64,000 bases of DNA. Origin: a virus (taxonomy: Duplodnaviria > Heunggongvirae > Uroviricota > Caudoviricetes). Shown piece after piece: positions 27,442-37,300 of the stretch; position 1 is the first letter of the stretch, and each line of letters opens with the position of its first letter. The position numbers and the translations under genes were made by a program. The stretch is taken from the IMG/VR virus record IMGVR_UViG_2675903433_000022; one strand, 5' to 3'. The notes under the pieces were generated by a model that was not told the DNA's origin, searched no databases, and saw only the letters and a list, made by a program, of their open reading frames with translations.

Positions 27442-28329
27442 ATGAAACTGTGGCAAATGCTTTTGGCCCGTCGTGGTCTGATGGATGTTGCTGAAGCGCA
27501 TGAGCGTGGGGGCGCTGGCGGTGTAGCTGCTGATAATGAGCAGAGTACACAAGATCCTGACAAGCAGGGTGAACAAAAAGAGCAGCCGAAGGGTGATGAC
27601 GAATACGCTGGCATGACTCATGAAGAGTTACTGGTCGAACTTCGCAAAACCAAGAAAGCTGGTGCTGAACTGCTGAAAGAGAACATGAAGCGCAAAGAGA
27701 AAGAGCGCACATTGGCCGATCAGCTTGCTCAGTACGGTGATATCGACCCGGCGCGTGCTCGCCAGCTTTTAGAAGCTGAACAGGCCGCAGAAAACGCACG
27801 TCGTGAGGCGGAGCAAGCTGAACTGGAGCGTCGTGGTGAGTTCGATGCTGTTAAAAAACAGATGATCGAAGCACACCAGGCAGAGCTGGCACAGCGTGAC
27901 GAACGTTATGCAGCACTGGAAAGTGAAAACGCATCACTGAAATCTCAATTAGTCGAGATGACCGTGGGCGCTTCCTTCAGTAACTCTCTCTTCCTACGTG
28001 ACAAAGTTCTGATGACTCCGGCAAAAGCCCGCGTGATCTACGGTTCTCATTTTGAAGTGGGTGAAGACGGTAGCGTAGTGGGTTATGACAAACCGGCAGG
28101 TCATAAAGAACGAGCTGTTCTGGTTGACGGTGAAGGTAAGCCGTTGCCGTTTGAATCCGCGATTGAACGCATTGTGCGGGCAGATCCGGAAGCTGACGCA
28201 TTGATGCGTAGCGAAGCCAAGCAGGGTGTAGGCTCACATTCCAAATCGACCTACACAATATCCCAACCGAAGAACAAGTCGACTATGGATAAGTTGGCCT
28301 CCGGTCTGGGGAAAATTGGACTTAAGTAA
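27442..28329 (+). CDS. Head scaffolding protein (putative)
   Basis: 295 aa, charged helical sequence with coiled-coil character, between portal and major capsid. Confidence 0.6.
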   Translation: MKLWQMLLARRGLMDVAEAHERGGAGGVAADNEQSTQDPDKQGEQKEQPKGDDEYAGMTHEELLVELRKTKKAGAELLKENMKRKEKERTLADQLAQYGDIDPARARQLLEAEQAAENARREAEQAELERRGEFDAVKKQMIEAHQAELAQRDERYAALESENASLKSQLVEMTVGASFSNSLFLRDKVLMTPAKARVIYGSHFEVGEDGSVVGYDKPAGHKERAVLVDGEGKPLPFESAIERIVRADPEADALMRSEAKQGVGSHSKSTYTISQPKNKSTMDKLASGLGKIGLK

Positions 28330-28354
28330 CATCTAAATCAAAGGGAATTGATAG

Positions 28355-29230
28355 ATGCCATTACTGCGTGAAGAAGCTGAAAAGCTGTCTAACAACGAAC
28401 TTGAACAGGGTGTGATCGAAACTATCATCGATCGCGATGACCTGTTTGCCATCCTGCCTTTTATGAAAATTAATTCAAAGGCATATCTGTACAACCGTGA
28501 AAAAACGCTGAGTGAAGCTACCTTCATCGACGTTAACGACACCATCCCGGAAGGTGCAGCAACCTTCGAAGAATGCGTTGCGAAACTGCGTATTCTGGCT
28601 GGTGACGTAGACGTTGATAAATTCCTGGCAACCACTATGGCCGACACCAATAACCAGTTGGCTATTCAGGTTCGTCAGAAAGTTAAAGGTCTGGCTCGTG
28701 CGTTCCGTCGCAATCTGATTTTGGGTGACTCCAGCACCAACAACAAAGCGTTTGACGGCATTCCACGCCTGATGCACGCAGATCAGAAGATCGATATCGC
28801 CGGTGCATCTATGACTTTCTCTATGTTCGACGAACTGGTCGATGCGGTGAAAGATCTTGGTGCTGACTGCATCATGATGCGTTCAGAGCACCTTCGTGCT
28901 TACCGTGCGCTGCTGCGTACAGTAAACGTAGGTCCGTCTGAAATCATGATGGAGAACTTCGGTCGTCCGATGCTGTGTCATAACGGCGTTCCGTTCATCA
29001 TCAACGACTTCATCCCGACCGATGCTGGCAAAGCAAGCATCTACTGCCTGCATCTGTCAGAAGAGAACGGCGTTACTGGTCTGTATGGCGGCGACAACGC
29101 AGGTATCGTTGTTGAAAACATTGGTACTGTACAGAACAAAGACGCAGTACGTACCCGTGTGAAGTGGTACTGCTCTCTGGCGAATAAGCACGATAAGGCT
29201 ATCGCTGCACTGACCAATGTAAAAATTTAA
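28355..29230 (+). CDS. Major capsid protein
   Basis: 291 aa after scaffold; strong RBS; followed by a strong terminator as expected for an abundant late product. Confidence 0.75.
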   Translation: MPLLREEAEKLSNNELEQGVIETIIDRDDLFAILPFMKINSKAYLYNREKTLSEATFIDVNDTIPEGAATFEECVAKLRILAGDVDVDKFLATTMADTNNQLAIQVRQKVKGLARAFRRNLILGDSSTNNKAFDGIPRLMHADQKIDIAGASMTFSMFDELVDAVKDLGADCIMMRSEHLRAYRALLRTVNVGPSEIMMENFGRPMLCHNGVPFIINDFIPTDAGKASIYCLHLSEENGVTGLYGGDNAGIVVENIGTVQNKDAVRTRVKWYCSLANKHDKAIAALTNVKI

Positions 29231-29262
29231 TCAGTGTAGTAGATAGGTAGTTATCTATGTTA

Positions 29263-29290
29263 AAGGGTGGGCTATACGCCCACCCTTTTT
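29263..29290 (+). terminator. Rho-independent terminator after capsid gene
   Basis: aagggtgggctatacgcccaccctt hairpin plus TTTTT. Confidence 0.6.
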
Positions 29291-29303
29291 GTAGGAGCGA
29301 GAA

Positions 29304-30224
29304 ATGCCAGAACAAAAGATGAAGATTACGGAAGAGGCATTTTCGGATTTTACGGGGCATATGTGCCGTGCCGGATTTACCAATTCTATCTCCGATGAAC
29401 CTTTAACCGAGCGGCAACAAAGTCAGCTATCTGCTTGTTTGCAGGCGGTTCCCCTCTCCCAATCCGTAAACATAACCCCGGCTTCACCGTCAGTTTTGGT
29501 TGGGAAAACTGTTCAACTTAGTGCAGGTATTAGTATGGGTAAGAGTGCCAGTTCATTCACCTGGAAGTCAGCCAATGACCAAATTGCAACCGTTAACGGC
29601 ACTGGATTAGTAACTGGCGTAGCACCAGGCAAAGTAAAAATTACTGCAACTGATCAGGAAACCCAGCTTTCCGCTTCAGTGGAAGTCACCGTAAATCCGG
29701 TAGCCGTTCAATCCGTAACGGTAACGCCAGAATCAACGTCTGTTGAGAAAGGGAAATCAGTCAGTCTGAAAGCGAATGTTCAGCCGTCAAATGCGACGAA
29801 TAAGGCTGTTACCTGGTCTTCCAAAAATGAAGATAAGGCAACGGTAGACCAGAGCGGGAACGTAACTGGTGTAGAAGTTGGCACTGCGACGATTGAGATC
29901 GTTTCCCAAGATGGTAGCAAAAAGGCAACTGCAACGGTGGAAGTAACTGCGCCTGTTGTGGCTGTTACCGGCGTCGAAATCGACCCAAATAGCACAACCG
30001 TTGAGGCAAACAAAACTGTTCAGCTGACCGCAAATGTCGAGCCGGCAGGAGCCACAAATAAAACCGTTACTTGGGAATCCAAAAATACCGAGTTTGCAAC
30101 GGTTGACAGCGAAACCGGTGTTGTAACTGGTGTTGCGGCTGGTACTGCCACAATCGAGGTTACTACCCAAGATGGTAGCCACAAAGCGACAGCAACTGTA
30201 GAAGTTACTGCCGCACAGGAATAA
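29304..30224 (+). CDS. Ig-like (Big_2-type) domain protein, probable head decoration protein
   Basis: Three tandem ~80-aa Ig-like repeats (VTVTPESTSVEKGKSV..., VTGVEIDPNSTTVEANKTV...). Confidence 0.65.
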   Translation: MPEQKMKITEEAFSDFTGHMCRAGFTNSISDEPLTERQQSQLSACLQAVPLSQSVNITPASPSVLVGKTVQLSAGISMGKSASSFTWKSANDQIATVNGTGLVTGVAPGKVKITATDQETQLSASVEVTVNPVAVQSVTVTPESTSVEKGKSVSLKANVQPSNATNKAVTWSSKNEDKATVDQSGNVTGVEVGTATIEIVSQDGSKKATATVEVTAPVVAVTGVEIDPNSTTVEANKTVQLTANVEPAGATNKTVTWESKNTEFATVDSETGVVTGVAAGTATIEVTTQDGSHKATATVEVTAAQE

Positions 30225-30268
30225 CCGATATTGGGCGGCGAAAGCCGCCCAAGTGGAGAGAAAGCGTT

Positions 30269-30703
30269 ATGAAACCAGCAAAAATTGTTTTATTAGAACC
30301 GCAATTTTCCGGTTATTCGGGAATGCTGTGTGGCGTTCAGTTCGAGAACGGGGTATCCGTAGCAGAGTTGCCTTTTATCGACCAGCAGAGGATTTGTGCT
30401 TCAATGCGAGCGTCAACAGTAGAGGGCAAAAATGTTTCTCCGTCTGCCGCATACAGTGATCGTGGTGAATTGACAGCAGACCTGATTACCGAGCCAGCAG
30501 CGCCTGACATTGTGCCAATGAAACGTGGGACACCAGATGAACCGGCCAAACAGATCCAGACTTTCACACGAGAAGAGCTGGAGTCAATTGCAGACAACGA
30601 AGGTATTGCCGGTCTACGAGTTATTGGTAATCAGGTTGGTGTCAAAGCGAAAGGAATTGTCGAAATGATTGAAGGCATCCTGAAAGCACAAGGCGGTGAG
30701 TAA
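30269..30703 (+). CDS. Hypothetical head protein
   Basis: 144 aa; RBS GGAGAG. Confidence 0.5.
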   Translation: MKPAKIVLLEPQFSGYSGMLCGVQFENGVSVAELPFIDQQRICASMRASTVEGKNVSPSAAYSDRGELTADLITEPAAPDIVPMKRGTPDEPAKQIQTFTREELESIADNEGIAGLRVIGNQVGVKAKGIVEMIEGILKAQGGE

Positions 30704-31536
30704 TGGCGCAGATCGACTCGTATCGTAGCGGTGAAGCTGTTTCTCTTTCATTTGCCTTCAACGTGCTGGATATCGAATCTGCCACCTACACAGTAAAGGA
30801 CAGCACCGGGGCTATTCTCGTTGATGGCGAGCCGCTAGAAATTACCAGCGGTCAAATGTCGATTCCGGTTGTCGTGTCGGCTGAATATAACCAGCTCTCT
30901 GAGAAAGAGCGAGATCTGCGGTACGTCATTGTGAAGGCTGTTGCATCGGGCCTGACGCATGAAGAGCGTCAAATGTATGTTCTGCTGAATAGTTTTGAAC
31001 TGTCGATACCAGAACAGTCGTTTGCAACTGTCGCTGATGCTCAAATGCAGGCGATCGATATGCTGAATGGGGACACTTTGCTGTCGGATGGTGAAGGCTT
31101 AATGCGCAAGCGTCTCATTGAGGCTACCAGACGAATTAAAACTTTACCGTTCTCAATCCGCAAAATTCTACGTATCGACTTTGACCGATACGATCGCCCT
31201 CAAAATATGCTGAATGTGTATGACATTCCGTGGGGAGCAGATGGAGCGTACCGGCATGATTTAGTCGATTGGGAAAAGATGACGCAGGAGAAGTTTGAAG
31301 AGTTCCCTGACTACTTCAAAGAAGCGTTGATGCTTGCCGTTGTCAACGAAGCGTGTGAGATCGCAAATGGCAATGATGTTGCCGCAGCACGAGAAGATGG
31401 CATTTTGTCAGAGTCCATCGGTGAAACAACCAACATGTACCGTACCGGCAAAGCTGCAAACGTGCATGTGGCTCGCAGTACCTGGCGCTTGCTGGTCAGT
31501 TACATCAACAACCGTATGATTGTTCGCCGTGCGTAA
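30703..31536 (+). CDS. Hypothetical head/connector protein
   Basis: 277 aa; TAATG coupling. Confidence 0.5.
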   Translation: MAQIDSYRSGEAVSLSFAFNVLDIESATYTVKDSTGAILVDGEPLEITSGQMSIPVVVSAEYNQLSEKERDLRYVIVKAVASGLTHEERQMYVLLNSFELSIPEQSFATVADAQMQAIDMLNGDTLLSDGEGLMRKRLIEATRRIKTLPFSIRKILRIDFDRYDRPQNMLNVYDIPWGADGAYRHDLVDWEKMTQEKFEEFPDYFKEALMLAVVNEACEIANGNDVAAAREDGILSESIGETTNMYRTGKAANVHVARSTWRLLVSYINNRMIVRRA

Positions 31537-31615
31537 CGCCAGTCGCATTATTTACTTTTGGTCGAAAGGTTTTTTGGCCAGTAATGAGAGCGACCGACAA
31601 CAACAGGGAGAGAGC

Positions 31616-31960
31616 ATGAATATTTCATGGCAAACAGAAATTGCGATCTACCGCTTTGGCGCAAAGAACGTTTACGGTGAGGCGCAATTACAATTCGTCA
31701 GGAAGACGAATGTCGGCGTGGTTAAGTTCGAACAGAGTAATGAGAAATCGTCAGTTCGTGCTGATAGCTCTGGTAGTCGTGGTAAGGCGAGTCTGGAGCT
31801 GTTTGATGCTGTGTTAGTTGTCCCTTTAGAAGCGGCTGTACAACTTGATGATGTGCTGATCCTTGAAGGTCAAAAATTAAAGGTGTCCAGTGTTCATCGT
31901 CGCTGGGGGCTACGAGGAAGACCAGGGCATCTTGAAGTGGGGGCGAATATATGGGTCTGA
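31616..31960 (+). CDS. Head-tail adaptor (putative)
   Basis: ATG with GGGAGAGAG RBS; small protein in connector region. Confidence 0.5.
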   Translation: MNISWQTEIAIYRFGAKNVYGEAQLQFVRKTNVGVVKFEQSNEKSSVRADSSGSRGKASLELFDAVLVVPLEAAVQLDDVLILEGQKLKVSSVHRRWGLRGRPGHLEVGANIWV

Positions 31961-32424
31961 AATACGATGCGCATCAGTTCAAACGTGCGGGGAATAGACT
32001 CAACAACAGCCAGAAAGCATTTAAGCGATATCTTATTCGGGACATGGAAAAGCTGGCGCGCTTGGTTGAGCGTCTTAGCCGTGCAATGGCCCCGCTGGAA
32101 ACCGGATCTCTGGAGACAGCCATCTTTGCCAGGGTGATTAAAGAAGGTTATTCAGGGCTGCGCATTGAGCTTTCTGTGTCTGGAGCAAAACCACGTCAGG
32201 GGCATCCGGGTGTAGAAGTAGGTGACTATGCTAAGTACATGGAGCTGGGTAAATACCGACTCGGTTATCTTTCTCGAATGAAGAACGTGACAAACCCACC
32301 AATTGCCGGTGTTAAACCCCGTGTTGGGCCACACTTTCTGGAAAGAGCGGTGGAAATTAGCGAGAAGCAGTTCTCAGAAGCGATTCTTGAGGCTGCCAGA
32401 AAAGCCGGTTTTACGAGAGGTTAA
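31951..32424 (+). CDS. Head-tail joining / tail-completion protein (putative)
   Basis: 157 aa, overlaps upstream stop. Confidence 0.5.
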   Translation: MGLKYDAHQFKRAGNRLNNSQKAFKRYLIRDMEKLARLVERLSRAMAPLETGSLETAIFARVIKEGYSGLRIELSVSGAKPRQGHPGVEVGDYAKYMELGKYRLGYLSRMKNVTNPPIAGVKPRVGPHFLERAVEISEKQFSEAILEAARKAGFTRG

Positions 32425-32425
32425 T

Positions 32426-32809
32426 GTGTTTATCGAAGCGTTTGCAAGTTTGATGCAGAAGGCAAAGATTGGCACGGTCGGGGCTGACATTTTCTGTCAC
32501 TACTTGCCTGCCAATGTGAAATCTGGCGTCCTGCTTATTAACCCAAATACCGGTATCAGCATCGATCATGAGCTACAGGGCTTTTACCACGAATCATTCA
32601 CAATAATTGTACGTGGTTCGTCAATCACTACGACGGTTGAGAAAGCCAATAAAATCATTGAGATGTTTCCAGTAGAGGAAACGGAATCTGGTGGTGTTTA
32701 TTTTCGACTGGTACGACCGATGGCGATGCCAATCATTTATCCCAAAAATGATGGAGCATTAATAGAAGCAGGCATTCCTGTTGAATTTGCTGGCTATTTA
32801 TTGAATTAA
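32426..32809 (+). CDS. Tail component (putative tail terminator)
   Basis: GTG start after upstream stop with GAGAGG RBS; track ORF from 32303 overlaps the previous gene. Confidence 0.45.
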   Translation: MFIEAFASLMQKAKIGTVGADIFCHYLPANVKSGVLLINPNTGISIDHELQGFYHESFTIIVRGSSITTTVEKANKIIEMFPVEETESGGVYFRLVRPMAMPIIYPKNDGALIEAGIPVEFAGYLLN

Positions 32810-32815
32810 CTCAAT

Positions 32816-32835
32816 TAGTAAGTATATACTTACCA
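32816..32835. promoter_or_regulatory. TTAGTAAGTATATACTTACC, late-region motif copy
   Basis: Directly upstream of the major tail gene. Confidence 0.4.
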
Positions 32836-32883
32836 TTAGCGCAATGAATGCGTAGAATTAACGGAAAAAGGAGTTTTCCATCA

Positions 32884-33630
32884 ATGTCTAATACCCATGT
32901 AAAAAACATCAAACTTGGTGCCTGTAAGGTGTCGTTTGGTGGTGTGGATTTGGGTTACACCAAAGGTGGTGTTCAGGTTGAAGTAGCCACTGAAACGCTG
33001 AAAGTCACCGTCGATCAGTTGGGGCAGACCGTAATTTCCGAATTAGTTCAGGGGCGCAACATTACCATCACCGCGCCTCTGGCTGAGTCTGTACTCCAAA
33101 ACATGGTTGACCTGATGCCTGGTTCTACTCTGAGCGAAGATGACAACTCTGTCACGATCACATCTGCACAGGGCGTTAACCTGATTGATGTGGCGAAGGA
33201 GCTGGTTCTGACTCCGCAGGACACCACCGACTATGTGTTGACCATCCCGAAAGCGGCAACCGCGGGCAACTTCACTATGACCTACCAGTCTGATGATGTT
33301 CGTGTGTTCTCTGTTCAGTTCAGCGCATACCCGGATGATGAAGGCGTTCTGGGCAAAATGAGCGGTCCTAAACCGGTAAAAACTGTGTCGATCTCACCGG
33401 AATCTCCAACCGTAAAAGCTGGAGAAACTGTGCAACTGACAGCCGAAATCACTCCAGCTGATGCCGCAGACAAAACCGGTGTTTGGGAATCCGAAGACCA
33501 GGAAAAGGCCACGGTAGATCAAACGGGTCTTGTGCGCGGTGTGGCGCAGGGTACTGCAAACATCTCCTTCACCAGCAATAGCGGTTCTAAGAAGGCAACT
33601 AAGTCAGTAACGATTAACCCCGCAGATTAA
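32884..33630 (+). CDS. Major tail protein with C-terminal Ig-like domain
   Basis: ATG with AAGGAG RBS; C-terminal Big_2-like domain; positioned before chaperone and tape-measure genes. Confidence 0.65.
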   Translation: MSNTHVKNIKLGACKVSFGGVDLGYTKGGVQVEVATETLKVTVDQLGQTVISELVQGRNITITAPLAESVLQNMVDLMPGSTLSEDDNSVTITSAQGVNLIDVAKELVLTPQDTTDYVLTIPKAATAGNFTMTYQSDDVRVFSVQFSAYPDDEGVLGKMSGPKPVKTVSISPESPTVKAGETVQLTAEITPADAADKTGVWESEDQEKATVDQTGLVRGVAQGTANISFTSNSGSKKATKSVTINPAD

Positions 33631-33643
33631 TCAGTAATTAAGC

Positions 33644-33669
33644 AGAGGCTCAGGATGGGCCTCTCTTTT
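33644..33669 (+). terminator. Rho-independent terminator after major tail gene
   Basis: agaggc...gcctct hairpin plus CTTTT. Confidence 0.5.
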
Positions 33670-33685
33670 AAAAGGATTTTAACCA

Positions 33686-34003
33686 ATGACCAAATTACTC
33701 GATCTAGATTCCATTCTGCCTCCGAAGAAAAGCATCAAATTTGGCGGTCAGGAATATCCCATCGTTGAAATGACGGTAGGTCTGTTCGTTTCCATCAAGC
33801 AGATGGAAGGAAAAGATCTCATGAACATGTCTCCTGTTGAGCAAGTGACAGCTTATGCAGATCTGGTTCGTAAGGTTATCCCTTCAGTGCCTGATGAAGT
33901 TCTTGAAAAACTGACTGTTCCGCAACTCCAGCAGATCTTCACCTTCGCTATGGAAGTGATTGATGAAGAAAACGAAAAAGCGGCTGGCGAAGGGGCAAAG
34001 TAA
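33686..34003 (+). CDS. Tail assembly chaperone (lambda G-like)
   Basis: 105 aa directly upstream of the tape-measure gene. Confidence 0.6.
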   Translation: MTKLLDLDSILPPKKSIKFGGQEYPIVEMTVGLFVSIKQMEGKDLMNMSPVEQVTAYADLVRKVIPSVPDEVLEKLTVPQLQQIFTFAMEVIDEENEKAAGEGAK

Positions 34004-34353
34004 TTTCCCGCGATGAATCCGGGACAAGGACCGTCTCAATAGATCTCGGATTCTATTTCAGTCGTGTAGTTGCTCACTACGCCGTGTCGCCATTAGAGCT
34101 ACTGAACGTTCCTCTCACGATGTTCTGGATGCTCAGTCGCAATATAGACCGTCTGCGTGCGGAAGAGGATGTCCGCAACTTACAAGTCGCTCGTGCGTCC
34201 CAGGCGGATGGCGAGGCTGTGAAGGCGTTCATGGAGGGTTTGCAACTCAGGATTGGAAGACCAGTCGTAACAGATAAAGTCTACGATCCAAGCCAGGATA
34301 AGGCAGACCCTGACGCCAAAGAGCAACTGATGCAAATATTTGGCAGAGGATGA
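33686..34353 (+). CDS. Tail assembly chaperone frameshift product (G-T-like), -1 slip near 33974-33980
   Basis: The -1 frame is open from 33967 to 34353 and overlaps the G frame only at 33967-34003, which contains the A-run GAAAAAG. Confidence 0.45.
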
Positions 34354-34360
34354 CAAGGGA

Positions 34361-37300
34361 ATGTCACAAAACGTAGAGTTTATCCTGTCGCTGGAAGACA
34401 AACAGTTTACAGCGTCAATCGATCGTGCGGGGAAACTGCTTACTCGATTTGGTGAGCAGGTAACAAAGCCTGCTCAAAAAATCCAAACCTTTGAACGCTC
34501 TTTGGGTTCGGTCGCCCGTATCACTGGCGTTCTGGAAAGCAAGCTCGATTCTACGGCAGATAAACTACAGGATGTAGCTGCCGGTTTTGAGCTTGCTTCA
34601 GATGCTACGCGTAAAATGCGTGGCAACATCACCAGCCTCAATTCTGGTCTTAAAGCCCTGATTGAGCGCGTCGATACGACAACTTCTTCAGTAGATAAAC
34701 TCACCGCGTCATTACGTAAAGTGCAATCAGAGCTAAATGATTTCTCTGATTGGGCGACCTATGCAAGCAAAAGCGCAAGCCGCTTTGGTACGGAGGTCAA
34801 AGAAGCCTCTGCGTCCGTGAGTGGCATGAATACGCGCCTTAATACCACGACGAAGCGACTCAGTAATTGGGGTGTCACAACGAGTCAGGCTGCCGAGGGA
34901 CTGAAAAAGGTTCGTGAGCAGATGGACGAAGTTATCGGACGTCAGCAACTGATTAGCAAGCCGGTACGCGTTCGTACATCTGGAAGTGGCGATGGTGGTA
35001 GCGGGCGGCGTAGCGGCGCTTCTGGCCATAGCGGTAAAAGTAACGAAGGAGGTATGTTCTCTGGCCTTCGTGGCAACATTTTCCTGCTTGGCGAGATCGG
35101 AGATGCAGCCAGAACGGTTACTGACATCATGTTTGGGTGGCAGAAGCCTATTGTTGAAGCTGCGGCCGAAATGGAACGTATGCGGGTGATGCTTCGAGGG
35201 TTGAATAAGGAGAAGTCCAACCCGGGCCAGGCTGCCGCTGATGATATGAAGTACATCGTAGACATGGCTCAAAATGCGCCGTTCGCGATGCAGGCGTTAA
35301 CAGACTCCTTCGTGAAGTTTCGTTCTGCTGGCTTAGATCCAACCGATGGTTCTCTGAAGGCGCTGGTGGACTCCGTTGCTCGTTTTGGTGGTGATAGTGA
35401 GCTGTTGAAACGTGCGGCTGTGGCCGTTCAGCAGATGTCCGGTAAGGGCGTTGTGTCAATGGAAGAGCTACGTCAGCAATTAGGTGAAGCCGTTCCTAAC
35501 GCGATGCAGGCAATGGCAGACGCCGCAGGCATCACTATGGGGGAACTGACTAAAGCCGTTGCCAGCGGTACGGTTGAGGCAAAACAGGCGTTGTCTCTGA
35601 TGTTTGTTGGTCTGCGTGCGGAGAATGAGAACGCAGCGAAAGACATGATGCAAACCTACACAGGTGCGCTGGCGCAACTTCAGACGTCATTCACGTTATT
35701 TGCTGATCGGGTTGGTCAGGCCGGATATCTGGATTCTCTATCGAAGGGGATGAAAGAACTGGCTTCAATCATGAATAGCGCCGAAGGGATTTCGTTTGCC
35801 AATTCTTTAGGCTCGGGGTTAACGACGGCAATTGATGGGTTGCGTCAGCTTGCTCAATGGTTAGCAAAGAACCAAGAGCTGGTAATTAATCTCGGTAAGG
35901 TCGTGGCCGCGATGGTTGCGTTCAAACTGATGCGAGCAGGGATCATGGGGGTAGTTGGCGCAGGCAGCCAGATGGTTAGCACCTTTGCCACGATGGCGAC
36001 CGCCATACAGACTCCATTTAACCTCGGCGCTACAGCAGTAACCCGATTCAATCGTGCGGCACGTATGGGGCTGGCTCCGATCCCCTCTCTTATTTTCGCC
36101 ATCCGTGGGGCGATTACTGGGCTTAAAGGCGCTTTTGCTGGATTAACGGCGTTCATTGCAGCAAACCCTATAGGGGCAGCATTTACAGTTGCCACTGTAG
36201 CTGTTGCTGGCCTAATCACGTACATGACCATGCTCCGCAGCGAAACTTCAAAGGTCGTTGACGAGATTAGGAAAATACCAGAGGCGATGACGGCGGCCAA
36301 ACGTGCACAAATGGCCGACCGCGCAGAAAAGCTCGAAAAGCAGATTCTTGCTGATCAACGAGCATTAAAAACTGGTGAGGGTGTTAATTACGTATCTAAC
36401 TCTGCCGGTGTTATTACTCACAAAGAGTCGAAGGCTGACATCGAAGCACGCCTGAAAAAAAATCAGGAAGAGTATCAAAAGATAACCGGCACGATAGCTC
36501 TTGGTGACGGCGCTGTAGCAAAGCGTTTGGCTAAAGAGGCTGCCGAATCTCAGATTGAGAAAATTCGAGCGGAAAACCAGATTTTCGCGGCAACATTCGT
36601 GAAAGCCCGGCAGGAGGCTCTGGAGAAGATCCAGAAAATCAATGATGACGGTTCACTTTCAGATGACGAAAAGAACAAGCTATTGGCACCGTTACGTGAA
36701 ACGGTAAACAAAAGCTATCTGGAGCCTGCGCAAAAACTGGTTGATTCACTTTCTTCTCGTAAGAATGCGACCGAGAAGCAAATCGCGACTCTTAATGATC
36801 AGCTTGAAAAAGCCAAAAAGGATGGAAATACCGAGCAGATCCAGAAACTGCAAGGCAGTATTCGTGGTTATCAGGAGCATTTGGAAGCCGTTGCTCAGGA
36901 GCTGACTCAGGCAGAGTTCGAGAGAGATAACGCGGCCAAAACTGGTAAGGGCGTAATGTCAAACCAGGGGACTGTTCTTGGGTTAGGTACAACTGATAAA
37001 GCTGCTCAGAAGGCGCTGGCGCAATATATGCGAAACCAGATGGATTCTGCGACTTATCAGCGTACTTTGCCTGACGGCACTCCGATGATGGACTTCGAAG
37101 GTAAGCCGATTATTGGGCCTAAACAACTCAAGACGCAGCTTAATTTGCAGAAAGCATCCAGTGCCAGCTCTCTGGAGAAAATGAGCGATGAAGAGCGTGC
37201 CGCAGCCATTGCTGCACTGACTAAAGCTCGTGAACAGGATGCAGCAGCTGCCGAGAAAGCAGCCCAACGATCAGCTAACGCCTCGCAGCGTGCGGCCAAG

